A model generated the notes under the pieces. It ran no database searches, was not told the DNA's origin, and saw only the letters and a list, made by a program, of their open reading frames with translations. A program made the translations under genes and the position numbers. 64,000 nt of DNA. It comes from a virus. Taxonomy: Duplodnaviria > Heunggongvirae > Uroviricota > Caudoviricetes. How positions within the stretch are numbered: the stretch's first letter is position 1; every line of letters starts with the position of its first letter. Shown here in pieces: positions 52,330 through 60,631 of the stretch. The stretch is from the IMG/VR virus record IMGVR_UViG_3300042256_000013, positions 224,001 through 288,000 of that record, one strand, 5' to 3'.

Positions 52330-52584
52330 TTATTCAGATTCTTCCAGGAGTTTCCAATTATATTCATAAAATTGGATTAAAAATAATGCTTCAGCCCAAT
52401 CAGGAAAGCATACTGAAGCATAATACAGTGGTATGCCACCAACTACTTCTTCTTTTATTTCGAAAGTACCAGTTTCATTTTCATCACTAATAGCTTCCAT
52501 AAATTTCAACATCTTTGTTGAAACTTCACCACTTTCACCACTATATAAAAATTCATCTGTACCCATAAAAGCTTCGTAACGCAT
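52330..52584 (-). CDS. Hypothetical late protein
   Basis: 84 aa; TATAAATA upstream; GGTGA RBS. Confidence 0.55.
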   Translation of the reverse strand: MRYEAFMGTDEFLYSGESGEVSTKMLKFMEAISDENETGTFEIKEEVVGGIPLYYASVCFPDWAEALFLIQFYEYNWKLLEESE

Positions 52585-52622
52585 AATATCACCATAACAT
52601 TTCCAATTATGGTGTATTTATA

Positions 52623-53408
52623 TTAGCCAATAATGAAGCCTAGAGGTGTACTACCATCTTCGTACTTACGTAGACGGTCACGCAGTTCTTGTTGCATACG
52701 GATTGCGTTTTGTAGCAAGTCTGCACCATCCATCGAGAATGAACCTTGTGGACCTGGAAGTGTTGGATACTTGGAACGATAACGACCAAGAATCATCATT
52801 GCTTCAGACAACGCCCAATCACGTAACCACGGATAAGTACTTTGTGTTTTGAATAGAATTGGTTCTGGCTTGTTATGATATACGTGTAGAAGTACTTCTT
52901 CTTCACCACGAATATCACGTTCTAGTGTTAGTTTCTTAGTAACGGAGTTCCATAGGAACATAATTTCACGTCCAAATAGACGACCAACTGTTTCATCAAA
53001 TTGATGATACAAGTCATAAGTCAATAGACCGCCACCAGTACTACCACGCACTGCACTTAATAGATATGTATTACTGTACGCCAATGAGAATGGATCAACT
53101 GTTGCACCTGAGCCGGAAACAACACCATTACCACGACGATAAATTCTACGAACAATTTCAACCTCAGTTGGGAGTTCATAAACAGAATCAGACTCATAGA
53201 ACTTCATATGTAGGAAAGCTTCTTCTTTTGAAGCAGCAGCCCAAGCACGATAATTAGTTACAGCATTATCAATGCATATTTCAAGTTGTTCATCAGTCAA
53301 TTCCACTTCAATAGAACCTGCACCGAGCATTACAGTAATAACACGTTTCATTTCTTCACGATGATCGTATTGTGGAGAATCTGGATTCCCGCCATAATTA
53401 TAAGACAT
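52623..53408 (-). CDS. Neck/head-tail adaptor protein, gp13-like
   Basis: LGAG.IEVELTDEQL..CID.A, WLRDWALS, LGRYRSKY..LPGPQG; start moved to ATG 53408 after AGGGGT RBS. Confidence 0.8.
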   Translation of the reverse strand: MSYNYGGNPDSPQYDHREEMKRVITVMLGAGSIEVELTDEQLEICIDNAVTNYRAWAAASKEEAFLHMKFYESDSVYELPTEVEIVRRIYRRGNGVVSGSGATVDPFSLAYSNTYLLSAVRGSTGGGLLTYDLYHQFDETVGRLFGREIMFLWNSVTKKLTLERDIRGEEEVLLHVYHNKPEPILFKTQSTYPWLRDWALSEAMMILGRYRSKYPTLPGPQGSFSMDGADLLQNAIRMQQELRDRLRKYEDGSTPLGFIIG

Positions 53409-53457
53409 AAAAAATACCCCTAAACATGTTTGTATATCATATTTAGGGGTTCTCGTC

Positions 53458-53820
53458 TTAAATTCGATTACAGTTCTGAGTGAAATATCGTAAACGTGAT
53501 GCGTCGAATGGTCCAATCACCATAATCATAGATTGTGAACCTTCATCAATAAAGTTGATTGGTGCACCTTCTAAGTTACAGTGGAATTCAATTTCTGATA
53601 GTAAATCAGAGTCTGACGCAACATACAAATGTTGTTCATATCCATTTTCTACCCATTCAGAGAAATCTTTCTTGAACATTTTATGTTCGTTATCGCCTAC
53701 ATATTGAGTACGCGTTGGGTCGAACTGGTTCATAATTTCCATACCAGCACGTACTGACAATTTAACTAAATCCATTGGTGATTGTCCTTCGACAATCACA
53801 ATTGCTTGATATACACTCAT
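53458..53820 (-). CDS. Peptidyl-tRNA hydrolase 2 (Pth2)-like protein, divergent
   Basis: QAIVI..., W.ENG, G.P..FIDEG, VIGP layout resembles Pth2; catalytic motifs degenerate. Confidence 0.5.
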   Translation of the reverse strand: MSVYQAIVIVEGQSPMDLVKLSVRAGMEIMNQFDPTRTQYVGDNEHKMFKKDFSEWVENGYEQHLYVASDSDLLSEIEFHCNLEGAPINFIDEGSQSMIMVIGPFDASRLRYFTQNCNRI

Positions 53821-53829
53821 ATAGTACCG

Positions 53830-54150
53830 TTAGATAATGATTTTATTGTCTGGAACGATCAGCTTAGGTGCATTTTTATCTTCTTCATGAGACTCAAGTG
53901 CACTTATATATGCATCTTTAATATATGCTGCTGGTTCGTTAACTGAAACGATATTGTACTTCATGAAGATAGTATTTTCATCAAGTTCGATGATACCTTC
54001 TAGATAATCACGAATTACCATTTGACCTTCTTCATCAAGTCCGAACTGACATGGGTTACGAACCACAATTGCGTCAGTTACATCATCTTGAATAGTACCG
54101 ATAATTGGACCAATACCGTTAATAAAAATTAGTTTTACATTGCTTGACAT
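53830..54150 (-). CDS. Sm-like fold hypothetical protein
   Basis: VKL....G..IIG......IVV.NP and C-terminal LIVP pattern of phage Sm-like proteins. Confidence 0.45.
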   Translation of the reverse strand: MSSNVKLIFINGIGPIIGTIQDDVTDAIVVRNPCQFGLDEEGQMVIRDYLEGIIELDENTIFMKYNIVSVNEPAAYIKDAYISALESHEEDKNAPKLIVPDNKIII

Positions 54151-54179
54151 AATACTTCCTTGTATTTGTGTGATTGAAC

Positions 54180-54677
54180 TTATTTAAGTTCGTAGAGATT
54201 CTTTGTTGCGTGTGTTACACGATAATCGATTATTTCAGAAATTACATTCCAACATCCACCACCTAAATCTGAACCGATTTTTGGAAAATGCATATGTACT
54301 TCTTCAATACCCGATAATTCTTTCATTATTTTAGCTGAATTGTCAAGTTCTAAAAAGATCTTGTCAATCGCATCATAGCTGACATATTTAGAACCATCAC
54401 GACCATAAAATTCTTGGGTGATAGTATTACAAATGATAATATCAGTTTCAGCAGCATGATAGATAACCGTACCAACATCTAAATGGTGATTACCTTTTTC
54501 ATACGCTACGATATAATCATCATAGGCACTTGGAAAACGTTCACGTAGTTCTTTTGCAAAACCAGAACCCATACGCCCCTGAGCATTACATCCGTGGATG
54601 ATATAGTGTACATCACTTTCCCAACGTTGACCATTGAGTACTAGGTCAAATAAATTTCCTACATGTGTATTAATCAT
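54180..54677 (-). CDS. Macrodomain protein (ADP-ribose processing)
   Basis: GNLF, HGCNAQGRMGSGFAK, TQ, FPKIGSDLGGG.W. Confidence 0.85.
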   Translation of the reverse strand: MINTHVGNLFDLVLNGQRWESDVHYIIHGCNAQGRMGSGFAKELRERFPSAYDDYIVAYEKGNHHLDVGTVIYHAAETDIIICNTITQEFYGRDGSKYVSYDAIDKIFLELDNSAKIMKELSGIEEVHMHFPKIGSDLGGGCWNVISEIIDYRVTHATKNLYELK

Positions 54678-54691
54678 AAATGCCTCAATTG

Positions 54692-54718
54692 AAAAAAGGG
54701 AACCCGAAGGTTCCCTTT
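54692..54718 (-). terminator. Intrinsic terminator
   Basis: AAAGGGAACC-CGAA-GGTTCCCTTT (UUCG loop on minus strand). Confidence 0.85.
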
Positions 54719-54721
54719 AAA

Positions 54722-55009
54722 TTATTCTAATCCGAAACGGATTCGCTTTGTCTCTTTACGATGCTTTCTTGCAATATCACTTTGGTAAAGTCGGGTGCCT
54801 CGTTTATTATCTTTCGATAAGTACCATGTATCTTCCGGTACATCAAAATCACAATATCCGTCTTCTGTAATTGTTCCTAGAAACGCTGATTTCTTAGGAA
54901 TACTTATAGATGATTTAACACTTTCAAAAATGCCTTTCGCTAATTTTTCACGATAACTGAGCATAATTAATCTCCCAAATTGTAATACGAAGGAATCTGT
55001 TTCCTTCAT
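54722..55009 (-). CDS. Hypothetical protein
   Basis: ORF in operon, ends at terminator; start may be the internal ATG (MLSYREK) after GGGAG. Confidence 0.5.
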   Translation of the reverse strand: MKETDSFVLQFGRLIMLSYREKLAKGIFESVKSSISIPKKSAFLGTITEDGYCDFDVPEDTWYLSKDNKRGTRLYQSDIARKHRKETKRIRFGLE

Positions 55010-55015
55010 CAGTAT

Positions 55016-55357
55016 TTAGGGCTGGTCAAGATGCTTATCAATGAATTCAATAACATCCTTCGGTGTACATACTGATAATACCTTTCCAAGTACTTCATCG
55101 TATACTTCGCGATTTTCGCGATAGTTTTTCACCAGTTCTTTATGCTTAAGTACTGCATCTGGTGTTGGAAGTGTAGGTGTATATTCTACTCCTAAACTTT
55201 CTGCTAATTCTTTCACTTTTTGTAAACGTGCAGCGTGGCGTTCTTGCATTTCACGAATATTACGTTCACCTAAAGTAAAGTGAGACATATTAACTTTATA
55301 ACGAGTATCTTCATCTAAGATATATGCGTTAATTGAAGTGGAATCCTCGCGTTTCAT
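55016..55357 (-). CDS. Hypothetical protein
   Basis: 113 aa; AGGAG RBS. Confidence 0.6.
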   Translation of the reverse strand: MKREDSTSINAYILDEDTRYKVNMSHFTLGERNIREMQERHAARLQKVKELAESLGVEYTPTLPTPDAVLKHKELVKNYRENREVYDEVLGKVLSVCTPKDVIEFIDKHLDQP

Positions 55358-55358
55358 C

Positions 55359-55772
55359 TTACGCTCCTAACTGGCTGAATAGAGTATTTGCATCTTTACC
55401 ATTATACTGACCATCATAGTTAGCTTTCAGGTAAGGGAACATATTTTTCTTTTCTGCCATAGCTGGTTCAGCGGCGATTGCGGCTTGCATAATAGCAAGT
55501 AGTTCGTCATTAGATAGTTGCTTAGGAAGGAGATCGATCAAAAGAACTTTTTCAGATTCCAGATCAGGTTGTTCAGTTTTAGCTACTGCTAAGGTTTCAT
55601 TTACACTTTCAAGTAGTTTCTTGATAATCTGAATTACATCAGTATCTGCCACTTCTTGAGAAGTAGTTTTACGCTGTACTTCAGCAATAATAACACCGAA
55701 AAGATTATACTTGACTCGGTTCTGACCGAGTGCTTGTTGACGTTCCGTTTGAATGGTCTGATAAAGACTCAT
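55359..55772 (-). CDS. GatB/YqeY domain protein
   Basis: D.DVIQIIKK, E...L..LLPKQLS..EL pattern. Confidence 0.75.
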   Translation of the reverse strand: MSLYQTIQTERQQALGQNRVKYNLFGVIIAEVQRKTTSQEVADTDVIQIIKKLLESVNETLAVAKTEQPDLESEKVLLIDLLPKQLSNDELLAIMQAAIAAEPAMAEKKNMFPYLKANYDGQYNGKDANTLFSQLGA

Positions 55773-55773
55773 A

Positions 55774-56010
55774 TTATTCTCCTTTTAGAAAAGCTTCAAA
55801 CTTATCACATCCTCCAATGTACTGTTCATCTACGAAAATTTGTGGTACTGTCCGTACTGGAGTACCCACCACTTCTGCTAAATCAGCAGCACTTAGACCT
55901 TGTGCTTCAATATCAATAAATTCTAATTCAAACCCATTCATTTCACAAATGAGTTTAGCACGATCACAAAACTTACATCCTTGTGCTCGACCATACATTT
56001 TTACATTCAT
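55774..56010 (-). CDS. Glutaredoxin
   Basis: CKFC, RTVPQIFVD..YIGG. Confidence 0.93.
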   Translation of the reverse strand: MNVKMYGRAQGCKFCDRAKLICEMNGFELEFIDIEAQGLSAADLAEVVGTPVRTVPQIFVDEQYIGGCDKFEAFLKGE

Positions 56011-56028
56011 AATATTCCCTTATTATGT

Positions 56029-56466
56029 TTATTTCTTAATACTACTATTTTCCATGAATTGTGTGACAGCCTTTATAATACTATTACACATACGCTCAGT
56101 CAGGTAGTTCTGACATTCTTCTACGTCAATATATTTGAACCTATCTAATTCAGGTTTCTCTTGTCCATAGCGATTCGTATATGTACTAAGGCATTCCAAC
56201 TCGTTAATCTCTGGTTTTTCGGAAGATGTATAAAAGAATAATACCAGACGTTTCCCTTTGCGATAGGCAACTTCACCTATCAGCAAAAGGTCGTCTTCGG
56301 ATATTTCATATCCGGTTTCTTCGTAACATTCTCGTACTGCGGCTTCTTTATAGGTTTCACCTTCTTCAGCTTTACCTTTAGGAAGATCCCAATGAGATTG
56401 TCCAGTCGTATGACCTATAAGTATCTGACCGTCGCGGTAAAAAATTATCCCACATGTATAACGCAT
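56029..56466 (-). CDS. Nudix hydrolase
   Basis: WDLPKGKAEEGETYKEAAVRECYEETG; PELD. Confidence 0.9.
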   Translation of the reverse strand: MRYTCGIIFYRDGQILIGHTTGQSHWDLPKGKAEEGETYKEAAVRECYEETGYEISEDDLLLIGEVAYRKGKRLVLFFYTSSEKPEINELECLSTYTNRYGQEKPELDRFKYIDVEECQNYLTERMCNSIIKAVTQFMENSSIKK

Positions 56467-56499
56467 ATGAATTTCCTACTAAAATTATCAGATACCTAT

Positions 56500-56529
56500 A
56501 ATATACCACAATTTTCAGCACCGTTCCAA
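56500..56529 (-). promoter_or_regulatory. Sigma70-like promoter, extended -10
   Basis: TTGGAA-N18-TATATT with TGTGG extension. Confidence 0.6.
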
Positions 56530-56531
56530 AA

Positions 56532-57647
56532 TTATGCGAACATCTTTTTGATCTCGGTAGTCTGGATACCCTTAACATGGTTACGAATATCCTTAGCTTC
56601 CAATTTTCCAGTTTTTACCATTTCTTCAATGTCGCCAACTGGTGCATCGGTAAAGCGATCAAATACCTTCACAATAAGGTCTTCGAGTTCATTATCCATC
56701 TCACGACGAATTAAGAAGTACTCAGTGACTTTGTAAAGGAATTCTTCACCACCGTTATTTTTGATGTTCATAGTACTGAACAGTTCTACCATTTCTTCCG
56801 GTTTCTTTTTACGGAATTTAAGTAGATTTTCAGAATGAGTTTTAATGAAGTTACTGAACTTCACAAAACGTGCTGGTAGTTTAATACCACCAACAACATA
56901 ATCTTTATTTGGTGTTAACTTAGAAAGAATAACAGACCAAATAAACTCGTCACGGTGCGAATCTGAGCTTGTATTTACAATTTGATCGATCAGTTCCAGT
57001 TCTTTTTGAGTCGCCTCAAAACCAGGAAGCAATACAGTCAATGCACCAATGTCTTTCAGGTACTTCAGGAAGATGCTTGGCTTTGCTTCGCTGAATGCTT
57101 TCTCAAATTCAACATACACACGCTCTTTAGTCAGATGATTGATTTCACCATCTTTAACCATTTTGCGTACCATATCATCAGTACTTTTATGTACAGTGAA
57201 ATCCGCATAACGAGCTTTGAAACGTGCCAAACGCAGAACACGCAATGGATCTTCTTTGAATGCATCAGATACATGACGCAGTACCTTGTTTTGAAGATCT
57301 TCTTTGCCTTTGTATGGGTCAACATGGGTTTTAGTACCAATGTCCCAGGCAATAGCGTTGATAGTCAAATCTCGACGGAACAGATCTTGTTCTAATGTTA
57401 CACCCTGAGTTTCCACGGTGAAACCATCATAACCAGTACCAGTTTTACGTTCGATACGTGCCAATGCGTATTCGTCACCTTCAGGAGACAGAAATACAGG
57501 GAAATCAGCACCGACTTGTTTGTAACCCAGGCTTTTCAGGTATTCAATGTCTTTTGGTTTAGCACCGACCAGTACATAATCTTTATCTTTCGGCGTTAAA
57601 CCAAGAATACGATCACGACAATAGCCGCCAACAATATATTTTTTCAT
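56532..57647 (-). CDS. cca: tRNA nucleotidyltransferase (class II CCA-adding enzyme), no obvious HD domain
   Basis: VGGYCRD...DKDY, DFPVFL, EYALARIERK, DLFRRDLTINA, EDPLRVLRLARF, ERV. Confidence 0.92.
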   Translation of the reverse strand: MKKYIVGGYCRDRILGLTPKDKDYVLVGAKPKDIEYLKSLGYKQVGADFPVFLSPEGDEYALARIERKTGTGYDGFTVETQGVTLEQDLFRRDLTINAIAWDIGTKTHVDPYKGKEDLQNKVLRHVSDAFKEDPLRVLRLARFKARYADFTVHKSTDDMVRKMVKDGEINHLTKERVYVEFEKAFSEAKPSIFLKYLKDIGALTVLLPGFEATQKELELIDQIVNTSSDSHRDEFIWSVILSKLTPNKDYVVGGIKLPARFVKFSNFIKTHSENLLKFRKKKPEEMVELFSTMNIKNNGGEEFLYKVTEYFLIRREMDNELEDLIVKVFDRFTDAPVGDIEEMVKTGKLEAKDIRNHVKGIQTTEIKKMFA

Positions 57648-57650
57648 TGT

Positions 57651-58271
57651 TTACACCTTATTAATAGTTTCAGTGATAATGTTATTATCATAATCTGATT
57701 GTAAAATAATAATTCGTCGTAGTAACCCATCTATTACTGATGATACCACATTTGATTGATATTTTTCAATTAATTCTTCAAAATATTCTATTTTAGCAAG
57801 CTGCCATTTTTTATGTGCTTCTTCTGGAGTTGAAAAATTACCAAGTTTATTGCCTTTTCCATATTTTACAATTTCTGCAACAAATGGATTTTTACGTTCA
57901 TTTATCATTCCTTGTGATTTTTGTTTGTACCAAACACCTAAAGGATATGATGTATCTGAGCTTCGGTCAAGAATAGATTTATTCAATTCTTGTGGAATAA
58001 ATGCACAAGTTTCTGGAGAATAAATCATAGCAGAACCATCAATTAAATCTTTATCAAGAACGTATCCGTCATGCCAATTATCAATAGCCCATTTTTGGAA
58101 ATTTGAAAAATATTGCCATTCTTCACAAACAGTTGTTCCAATATAAGTTGGATGACGTTGTAATGAACGTTGCGAGTAACAACGTTCTATCATTCGTGAC
58201 CAATAACCATAGAAAATATTTTCGCGGGCTTTTCCAGGTTCACCATCATATATTCCAAATCCATGTACCAT
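57651..58271 (-). CDS. Free-standing HNH-type (homing) endonuclease with AP2-like C-terminus
   Basis: W..M..RCY, VCEEW..FSNF, LDKD, YSPETCAF, P.GV, LG.F.T.EEAH. Confidence 0.75.
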   Translation of the reverse strand: MVHGFGIYDGEPGKARENIFYGYWSRMIERCYSQRSLQRHPTYIGTTVCEEWQYFSNFQKWAIDNWHDGYVLDKDLIDGSAMIYSPETCAFIPQELNKSILDRSSDTSYPLGVWYKQKSQGMINERKNPFVAEIVKYGKGNKLGNFSTPEEAHKKWQLAKIEYFEELIEKYQSNVVSSVIDGLLRRIIILQSDYDNNIITETINKV

Positions 58272-58280
58272 TTTTATCTC

Positions 58281-58442
58281 TTATTCATTACAGAATCCAC
58301 CATAACCACGTTTAACTGGAGTTCCAATAACACGAGTTGGTGGAGGCTCAGGTGGTTTAGGTGGTGATATGTTTAAATCTTCTTTAACTAAATCCATCCA
58401 GAACGATGTATCAGTACTGTCAGGAGTTTTTCGTGTACTCAT
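58281..58442 (-). CDS. Small proline-rich protein (53 aa; not in ORF track)
   Basis: Hand translation MSTRKTPDSTDTSFWMDLVKEDLNISPPKPPEPPPTRVIGTPVKRGYGGFCNE; RBS AAAGGTGA; fills gap between genes. Confidence 0.65.
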   Translation of the reverse strand: MSTRKTPDSTDTSFWMDLVKEDLNISPPKPPEPPPTRVIGTPVKRGYGGFCNE

Positions 58443-58453
58443 AATATCACCTT

Positions 58454-58687
58454 TCAGTCCAACGGTATAGACTTATTTTTAGTTTTGTGTAAAATATCAA
58501 TGTTGATTAATTCACCCCAAAACGTACAGTCACATTGAGTCTTTGGTTCTGGTTTTTCAGGTTTTTCAAATGGATTAAATGAATGTTTTTTGGAGTTAAC
58601 GTTAGAAGTTACATTTTTTAAGGGGAACGGTAATGTGCTTCGATAGTCAAAATCTAAACCCCAATCTTCTTCAAGTACTGCGATCAT
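58454..58687 (-). CDS. Hypothetical protein with FWxxL motif
   Basis: 77 aa; ATGA overlap with upstream gene; TFWGELINIDIL. Confidence 0.6.
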   Translation of the reverse strand: MIAVLEEDWGLDFDYRSTLPFPLKNVTSNVNSKKHSFNPFEKPEKPEPKTQCDCTFWGELINIDILHKTKNKSIPLD

Positions 58688-59133
58688 GATAGTATGTCCT
58701 CAACAATTAAAGAACCCCAAAAAGTAATGCCAAGTTTACTTATTTGATTTCGAGCCATTTCTTTTTGTTTTTCTTCGAATACTTCACGTTTAGCTTCAAA
58801 TTGATTTTGTCTACGTTGTTTTAACTGAGTCGTTACTGAATACATATCTTGTGTACCAAAGTATTCTTCATACATTGCCATTTCTGAACTCCGCATTTGT
58901 CCTGAACGTAAAATCTTTTGAATAATTTCACGATAAACTTGTTCTGATGAATATGTAATATTCAAATAGGTACACATTATTTTATATTGATGATTTTCAT
59001 CAATGAAACGATATGATTGACGAATTTTCCCCAAATATACATGACATATACAAGTCTCTTGATAACTTAGATTAAATTCGAAACGAATTTCCATATCTCG
59101 AATACTAAAAACATCAGGCATATTATTCTCCAA
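58684..59133 (-). CDS. Hypothetical protein with C-terminal FWxxL motif
   Basis: ORF ending TFWGSLIVEDILS; real start probably the ATG a few codons in (MPDVF) after GGAG. Confidence 0.6.
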   Translation of the reverse strand: MENNMPDVFSIRDMEIRFEFNLSYQETCICHVYLGKIRQSYRFIDENHQYKIMCTYLNITYSSEQVYREIIQKILRSGQMRSSEMAMYEEYFGTQDMYSVTTQLKQRRQNQFEAKREVFEEKQKEMARNQISKLGITFWGSLIVEDILS

Positions 59134-59142
59134 TTAAAATGA

Positions 59143-59172
59143 AAAAAGGACAGAGCATTTCTGCCTGTCCTT
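59143..59172 (-). terminator. Intrinsic terminator
   Basis: AAGGACAG/CTGTCCTT stem with A run. Confidence 0.7.
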
Positions 59173-59174
59173 AT

Positions 59175-59203
59175 AATGTAGCATATTTTTACTGTACAGT
59201 CAA
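59175..59203 (-). promoter_or_regulatory. Sigma70-like promoter
   Basis: TTGACT-N17-TACATT with TG extension. Confidence 0.5.
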
Positions 59204-59209
59204 GGAGTT

Positions 59210-59551
59210 TTATTCCTGATCCGTTTCGTCTTCAGCTTGAGTTCCAGTATCACGGTCGATATTGGTACGCTTGCCTTTTGCAGTACGGAATTGTGATTCC
59301 AGCTTAGCTACCATGAGGTCAATACCTTTATACAAGTCATCATCTACTGCCTGAGCATTGTAGTTGATACCTTCAAATGTGCCGTGCGAATGTACCTTGA
59401 AAGAAGAACCTTCTTTCGAATACGAAGTATGGAAATCAACATTCACCTCACCAGTGAATTTGTCCAACTTATTGAATGCATCAAAAGTATGATACTCCAA
59501 TTCTTCAGATGTTGCAATACGGTCATTGTAAGAAATTGTATGTTTGATCAT
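59210..59551 (-). CDS. hpf: Ribosome hibernation promoting factor (HPF/RaiA, S30AE family)
   Basis: T.EL......F.KL.KF and A.A...DLY.GID....KL..Q....K.K match short HPF. Confidence 0.75.
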   Translation of the reverse strand: MIKHTISYNDRIATSEELEYHTFDAFNKLDKFTGEVNVDFHTSYSKEGSSFKVHSHGTFEGINYNAQAVDDDLYKGIDLMVAKLESQFRTAKGKRTNIDRDTGTQAEDETDQE

Positions 59552-59577
59552 AAAAGTACTCCCTTATAATTGTACTG

Positions 59578-60519
59578 TTAAAGACTACTTAATAGCATAT
59601 CAACTCGGCCTGAGCCAACTTGATTGTACCATAAAGAATTCTTTATTTCTTTTTTGAACTTATGAGAATTACTATTTTCAACACTTTTCCAGAGTTTATT
59701 AAACCTTGAAAGTTTATCCGCACCCATAGTGTAAGTCATTTCATAAAGTACTCGCTGCTGGTCAATAGTTAAATCAACTGCACGTTTACGTTGAAGTAAT
59801 AGGACAAAATCATCCATTGTGCGTTTCATGTCTTCAATTAAGAGATTATGAGCTTGACCTTTTGTAATACCATTACGGTATTTTACAGCTTCTTTTTCGC
59901 CCTTTCCAATATAATGACCGTAACCTATTGTAAAATTACCAGTACTGTCACGATATGGATAGAACTTTCCATTTTTGAAAGATGGACCAACTTTACCGCC
60001 AAGTAAACGCCGTTTTAATACAGCTTGGGATTCACTTGTTCCTTCTGCTTTCTTGAGATGTTCGAGAATTTCTTCATCGTGAATACTGAATTTAAGTTCA
60101 ATATCAGGTAAAGTTACCTCTTTCAAATCTTCTGCATTAGGAAGGTCAAACAATGTACCAGGATGTATACCAACATCCCTATTAACCACTTTAAGTACTT
60201 TTACATACTCGTCAACTTCAACGTTTTGTGGTTTAATTTTGTTAGCAATAGTCCATAGACTATCACCACTCAGTACTTTGTATTGCTTTCTGCTATCAGT
60301 TGCTTCAGGTTGAACAGGTATCGTCTGAGCTACTGGCGGTTGCTTTTGAATTGTTAATTGTGGTTCTTGTTGTACCACTGCCACTGTAGTAGTGACTGAT
60401 GATGTAGTACGATCATGTGAGTTAAAACCTAATCCAAATGCAGCGGCAAGCAACAGAAAACCTACTATGATATATTTCAATCCAGCACGAGTCTTGAGTT
60501 CTTGTATCGCTTTATACAA
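59578..60519 (-). CDS. Membrane-anchored/secreted LysM + T4-type lysozyme protein
   Basis: N-terminal hydrophobic helix, YKVLSGDSLWTIA (LysM), YRDSTGNFTIGYGHY, NSLWYNQV; TTG start with AAGGAGG. Confidence 0.8.
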   Translation of the reverse strand: MYKAIQELKTRAGLKYIIVGFLLLAAAFGLGFNSHDRTTSSVTTTVAVVQQEPQLTIQKQPPVAQTIPVQPEATDSRKQYKVLSGDSLWTIANKIKPQNVEVDEYVKVLKVVNRDVGIHPGTLFDLPNAEDLKEVTLPDIELKFSIHDEEILEHLKKAEGTSESQAVLKRRLLGGKVGPSFKNGKFYPYRDSTGNFTIGYGHYIGKGEKEAVKYRNGITKGQAHNLLIEDMKRTMDDFVLLLQRKRAVDLTIDQQRVLYEMTYTMGADKLSRFNKLWKSVENSNSHKFKKEIKNSLWYNQVGSGRVDMLLSSL

Positions 60520-60631
60520 AATTCCTCCTTATACACATTTTGTTTGGACTCTATGCGAAATAAGGATAGGAATATGTTACGACCTTATTTGCACAAAGCC
60601 GCTTTTTGGACTTTCTACAATAGTACGAATA

